From assembly GCA_024137785.1 (NCBI GenBank), contig JAHRHZ010000002.1:19240685-19304684 (forward strand): a stretch of DNA of 64,000 nucleotides. The letters run 5' to 3'. Each line of letters opens with the position of its first letter. The stretch's first letter is position 1. Origin of the DNA: Ginglymostoma cirratum (taxonomy: Eukaryota). This document shows positions 60,558 through 64,000 of this stretch, in pieces. Below the pieces are notes generated by a model. That model was not told where the DNA came from. It saw nothing but the letters and a program-made list of their open reading frames with translations, and did not search any database. Both the position numbers and the translations under genes were made by a program.

Positions 60558-62659
60558 CTAGAACAACATGAAATTTGGATCTGCATTTCGTCAAAACTAG
60601 CATGCAAATTATTCAACTGACAAATCATTGACGTGAATGTCTGACCTGAGAACATGTATCCGTAAACACGATGAGGAAGTTCTATATTTTGTTAATGTAC
60701 TGTGGTTAACTTTAAAAAGCTGGTTTTATTATTTAAAGAAAGAAGTGTCTCCAGTTACGGGAAATCTGGCGGGCAAAGATGAGTCTAATATTTCCCCACA
60801 CTGACAATGTGTACAAGTGCTAAAGGGAAATTGGTTCAAGTGCTTTTACTTCTTTTGACACTAACTGGTATTAAAGTCTACTGTATTCGCTGTTCACAAT
60901 GTGGTCTCCTCCATACTGGGGGGATGAAGCACAGAATGGATGACCACATTGTAGAGCACATATGTTCTGCCTGCTTCCAGTTGCCTGCCATATCAGCACA
61001 TCACCGTGTTCCCTGGCCATCATCTCTGTCTCGGACTTGTTGCAGTGCTCCAGCAAAGCTCAGCACAGTCTGGAAGAAAAGCACCCCATTTTCAGCTTCT
61101 GCATCAAGTTCAATAATTTTATTGCCTAAGCACCTTCTCCCATGTCCTTATCCCAACCCTACACACCATAACTTATGATCACATGGGCTGCTAACACAAA
61201 CAACCTACTGTCATCTACTAATGGTTCCCATTAGCAACTATTCATTCTCCCAGGTTGACCTTCACCCATTCCTTTGTCTGCCCAACCATTTTCTCTCTTT
61301 ATACCTCTACTTATTGTCTACTCTTTTTCCCCTCGTCCACTCCCTCTTTAGCATATATACCAACCTGCATTCACTGGTGTAATGTAGGCTACATAGCAAC
61401 TAATTCTCTAGTATTAAAATGAGGCATGAGGTGGATAAGCTGCTTTGATAATGTTAGGAGATGTGGTGGTGAAGTATAATCTACTTGACTTGGGTGGGAG
61501 CGTGCGGAGTGGTGGGAGCTGGAGTCAACATTAATAATGAGCTCTTATCCCATGATTGGAGCTGGGGGGTTTAAATTCAGTTTATAAATTTGGAATTGCA
61601 GAAATCTAGTAATTATGTTCATTACATTGCATCAGTTGCATAGCAAAACTGATACGGTCCCCTAACAGTTGCAGCAAGATGTTTAATTCTTCAGTGTCCT
61701 CAGGAAAGGTTCATCAAGTGCAACCAGTGTTGGCCTTTTCCAAATCCCATAAAAGAATAATGAAGGTCAATCTTTGAAATTGTGCTGAATTCTTTTTTGG
61801 TTCATCTGAAAGAACTGATCGTGTTTCATTCCAAACATGGCACATTTAACATTGTGTCATACTGCAGCATGTGCATCAGTCAAGACTATATTCTCCAGTT
61901 GCTGGAGTGGAACTTCGACTCACAAACTTGTGATGCTGTAGGGCGATGACTGTGGACTGAGGCAGCATAATAATTGCAAGCACAATTTGAATATGGGCAT
62001 TTCTGATGTTAGGAATGAGACAAGTGAAAGTGAAGAGTTCCATTGCTGATAACAGGGGTGTTTTCTGAACTGGAAAGCTTGCAACTGCCATTCTTACCAG
62101 ACACATATATTTTAAAACGCAGCAAAACAGCGGTGAAGAATAACACTAAATTTGTAGATTGGCAGAGTTTAAAATTCCAGCATTGTAAGGCAATGACCTA
62201 CTGATATTATCACTGGACGGTCAGTCTAGAGACCCAGGTAATGTTCTGGGAACCCTGATTCGAATCCTTGCAAAGTAGATGGTGGCATTTGAATTCAATA
62301 AAACATTTGGAATTAAGAGTACAATGATGACTATGAAACTGTTGTTGATTGTCTGAAAAGTCCATTTGGTTCACTAATGGCCTTGAGGCAAGGAAACTGC
62401 CGTCCTTACCTGGTCTGGCCTAGATGTGACTCCAGACCCACAGCAATGTGGCTGACTCCTAACTGCCCTCTAGGCAATTAGGAATAGGCAATAAATGTTG
62501 GTGAGGCCAATAACACTCTCATCCCATGAATGAATTTTTTAAAAAATGACAAAGTAGTGAAGGTAGAAATAACAAGAAACGCAAAAATAAGTGTATGTGT
62601 AACGGTCAGAAGTAGAAAAGCAATCTTTGATCCAGTAAAGGCTGAGAAGGGAGGAATGA

Positions 62660-63600
62660 TATAAACATATGAAATAAGAGAAGAAGTAGGTCACTAGGCC
62701 TCTGAAGCCTTTTCCACCAATCAATAAGATCATGACTTTTCTGATTACTCCACATCTCCACATAATCCATAAACATTCATTCCCTTGCTGAGCAATATTT
62801 GCTTTAAAGATAGTCAAAACTGCTGCTCATTGACAATGGAGGGCAAAAGATCGAACGACCCTGTATGACAAAATGAATTTTCCTTATCTTTGTCTTAAGC
62901 GAGCGACCCCTCTTTTCTTTAAACAAAAATTTCCGATTTTAGACCCATAGAATTCCTTTAATGCAAAAGTGGCCATTTGGCCCATCGAGTCAGTACCAAT
63001 CTTCAGAGGTGTATCGCACCTAATCAGATCTAAGCCCCACCCTGTCTTCAAAACATGGCATTTACCATGGCTTTCCCACTTAACCTGCACATTCTTAGAC
63101 ACTATTGGTAATTCGGCATGGCCCATCCACCTAACAAGCACGTTTTTAGACTATAGGAGGAAACTAGAGCAACTGTAGGAAGCTCACGCAGAAATGGGGA
63201 GAAATTTTTTAAAAAAGGTAGCTGATGCTGTGAAGTTAGCAGTGCTAACCGCTCAGCCACCCATTGGTTTTAGATCATGTCAAGGCTGTTTTATATGCAC
63301 CCTGTCAGAATCCATCATTATATGTTTTAATCAAGTTGCCCCTTACTCTTCTAAGCCCATTGGATACAAGCCTTCACTTCCCAAACTTTCCTCGTAAGAC
63401 AACCAGCTCAGTTCAAGTATTAGTATAAGAACCCTTCTCTGCACTGTTTTTACCACGTCTGCATCCATCCTTACAATTCTGTGTACAATATTCCAGATGT
63501 GGTTTCATCAATGTCCTGTGTAACTGAAATATAATCTCCTTTCTTCTGCATTTAACTGCCCTTGTAATAGAAATGTTACGTTCTTCCTGGACTTCCTAAT
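62660..63600 (-). mobile_element. Degenerate CR1 3' fragment with a nested HE1 SINE (62947-63263)
   Basis: ataagagaagaagtaggtc tail, CR1 3' coding remnants, SINE core. Confidence 0.75.
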
Positions 63601-63865
63601 TATGATAATGGGTAACCAGGAAATAGCAGATATCTTTAAAAAAAGTTATGAAATGCTTTTAAGCTAAAACATCTTTTTAAGAAAAGGATTTGTTGACTCA
63701 TGTAAGTAAGGAATGTAATTCATATCAGTAGAGAAAACATAATGGAAAAAGAACCAATAATCTCTTGAAATCTTCGAATTCTGAAAGAGGTCAGAATAAG
63801 AGATAAAATGGTTGTGACCTTCCAAAATTCCATTGTCTCTGTAATGATTATACTGAATAAGAACA

Positions 63866-64000
63866 GAAGAACTAGGAGCAGGAGTAGGCCATCTAGCCCC
63901 CCCACCCCGAGCCTGCCCCGCCATTTAACAAGGTCATGGCTGATCTTTGAGACTCAGCTCCACTTACCTGCCCACTCACCATAACCCTTAATTCCTTTAC
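63866..64000 (-). mobile_element. CR1 3' end (continues beyond the window)
   Basis: agaagaactaggagcaggagtaggccatc... CR1 3' UTR. Confidence 0.75.

Noticed and set aside
1-64000. Prokaryotic reading (operons, CRISPR, defence systems) of the many short ORFs
   Set aside because: Vertebrate SINEs/LINEs, spliceosomal introns and low coding density. No regularly spaced repeat-spacer array was seen.

Overview
This is eukaryotic genomic DNA, almost certainly from a shark or other elasmobranch: it has HE1/V-type tRNA SINEs, dense CR1 LINEs, Penelope-like elements and GT-AG introns. Most ORFs in the supplied track are noise or transposon debris. The unique DNA between the repeats is an immunoglobulin-superfamily receptor cluster. 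Two intact, convergently oriented, spliced genes encode single germline-joined VJ-type domains resembling NKp30/NCR3. Gene 1 (+, 11446 to at least 24996) is leader-V-uncharged TM plus cytoplasmic micro-exons. Gene 2 (-, 57381-56031) is leader-V ending in a perfect J-like FGPGTRLTV, then a Lys-containing TM with no tail. They look like a non-activating/activating pair. Around them are at least three NCR3-like pseudogenes. Reading across stops and frameshifts also suggests several decayed, apparently intronless V-J-C1 (antigen-receptor-like, no RSS) genes and a C1-C1 relic, none visible in the ORF track. These relic calls were made by eye and need profile-HMM confirmation. Penelope-derived fold-back insertions carry minimal hammerhead ribozyme motifs on both strands.
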